Positions 62,220-64,000 of a DNA stretch of 64,000 nucleotides are shown piece by piece; positions within the stretch are counted from its first letter, which is position 1, and each line of letters opens with the position of its first letter. Source of the DNA: Laetmonice hystrix (taxonomy: Eukaryota); contig OZ249437.1 of NCBI GenBank assembly GCA_965235115.1, positions 6,448,001 to 6,512,000 of the forward strand, read 5' to 3'. Under the pieces are notes generated by a model that had not been told where the DNA came from, did not search any database, and worked only from the letters and a program-made list of their open reading frames with translations. The position numbers were made by a program, and so were the translations under genes.

Positions 62220-64000
62220 GGTGAGGGTTGGGGGGGGGGGGGCGTTGTCTGTAACGTCCTCGAAAAATTCATGTTGTATCCTCTCAGGAAATAGCATGGT
62301 GCTACATTTCAAGAATGAAATGTTTGGCACTGCCAAAACGTCACCAAAAGTACCAATGGAAGTCGATACGATGACCGCACCCGTAAACGTTAAGCACTTA
62401 TCCAATTTTTCGTCAACGTTAAACGTCAAAACGTTACGAATATTATACCATTATGGTGATACCATTTTTCTTCCCAAATCCCCGCCATCTTTAATAGCGG
62501 AAATCATCGACCAACATCCGGGCAGTAAGCACAATGCCAGCTCTCTATACCATGGGAATCTGTTTTAGCGGGTGTACCGTCTGATAGAAAATGTATTAAA
62601 ACAAGTTGAGCATGTTTTAAAGATAATAGAAAAGGGTTGTAGAAGATTTAAGGATTAATTATTACAACTAAAAGTTATGAGAGCAGAGTATTACAAATTA
62701 TGTCATAAATTTGCAGGACGTGTACAAATAAATTCATATCTATATAGGCGGGTCCATAGCCAAGATCTTTACATATAGAACAATACGCATACACACGCAC
62801 TATAATTATATAGTCCCGTACATTTTATTTCGAATACTTTTTACTATATCATTGTACGACTGTATATTAGCCAGTTGGTGATTATTGTATATTTGGCTCT
62901 TTGTCATTCCTGATTATTGATCACACCCAGCCTTTACTCTGCCTGATCTGGAAAACAAATCCCTATTCGCTGGTTTGTTTTTTTCCCATGTTCTTTATGT
63001 TGACGGGTGATTGTGCAGAGCGGTTTCCATGGCGGGTCGCTCGGTTGCGGTCAACCTACAACTAGCGAGTTTTCTTTTGCCCGTGCTTGTAATGGCGTGC
63101 CTGCGACACGCGTGCGAACAGGCGGTGGACCCCAAAGAGGGAATCACCCGCGAGGATAAAGAATATCCCCATGGGGTTCTTCCATGTCTGTCGGCCGAAA
63201 TCGGGCTCCCCGCTTGGGGTGGATCCTTTGTCTCCCGTTGGTCGGACCACTCAGTCTGCCTCGTCCCACCAGGGACATGGCTGCCTAAACCAGAGCGCAT
63301 AAATCTGTCCGGCCAAACATGACAACGACTTGCCCGAAATATCGCTCACGTGGTGGCTGCCTTCTCCTGCAGGATCAGACCGTCGTGAGCTCCTTCCTCC
63401 ATCGTCCTCGGGAGACTAGGCTCCAGGGTCCCCGCTGTGTTGATCCCACTGACTTCGGGGATCATATTTCAAGGGGGCGTATGCCAAAAGAGGGGCATCT
63501 GAGACGCAAACCGTCACAATTGCTTCTCATGGAAAGAAAACGAAAATCCTTGGGGCACAGCAGTCGACGTTCGACAGGATTGTTGATATTCCGAACGGTG
63601 TATGCGTGTGTGTTGGCACTGTTATTGTGTCCTACAATATACACTACTTGAATCAATATACTATTCCTCGCGTAATAAGCTTGACACAGGGGCAAGCCGT
63701 CTTTGGCGCTACCATAAGCCACTAAGAAAGGCTTCCAAGGAAACAACCGCAGAAGTTTCAGAGTTTTTTTGTATCCACCTTACACTGCCAGTTGAATAGC
63801 CTGACATAAGCTTCCTTGGGATGATTCCATGAGGTAAGCTTTAATCCTTGCCGTGTTTAAATCCATACTAAAATATCGGCTTACTTGATCTCTAAAAAGA
63901 ACTCGGGAGAATCCTGCTCTATCATTCATGAACTCCCGCTAGCCCGATGTGCGCTAAGCCCTTGGGCAAGTCAGTGAATCAATACATCAAAAGGCGAGAT

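Noticed and set aside
63000-63500. GC-rich patch with PWGYSLSSRV resembling DIRS/LTR RT LPFGL motif
   Set aside because: No YLDD or other RT motif at the expected distance.
63950-63985. CCTTGGGCAAGTCA resembling a CORE-SINE segment; A/B-box-like words at about 1425 and 6577
   Set aside because: Too short, with no paired A and B boxes or cloverleaf. No tRNA or SINE is called.

Overview
This is intron-rich animal genomic DNA, not prokaryotic sequence. Its style suggests a marine invertebrate, probably lophotrochozoan (inference). Most entries in the ORF track are noise or read-through of tandem repeats. One well-supported spliced gene lies on the + strand (19742-31923, six exons, all GT-AG and in frame, 437 codons plus stop, 5' exon not located). 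It encodes a single-pass receptor: SUEL/Gal-lectin domain, CUB-like domain, 4-Cys module, linker, TM helix, and a tail with PPPY and HIYESP motifs. A probable signal-peptide first exon of a second gene sits at 60087-60189. The rest is about 18 unrelated minisatellite arrays (roughly 11 kb by hand count), four small DNA-transposon-like elements (a TTAA-flanked foldback, a CAG-TIR element with a 6-bp TSD inside a minisatellite, a second CAG-TIR element and a palindrome-built foldback), decayed LINE fragments and a 142-N gap. I see no CRISPR array, rRNA or convincing tRNA. I cannot support a wholly new system from the sequence alone. The best leads are the orphan lectin-CUB receptor, the six-copy CRE array downstream of it, and the unusual MITEs.
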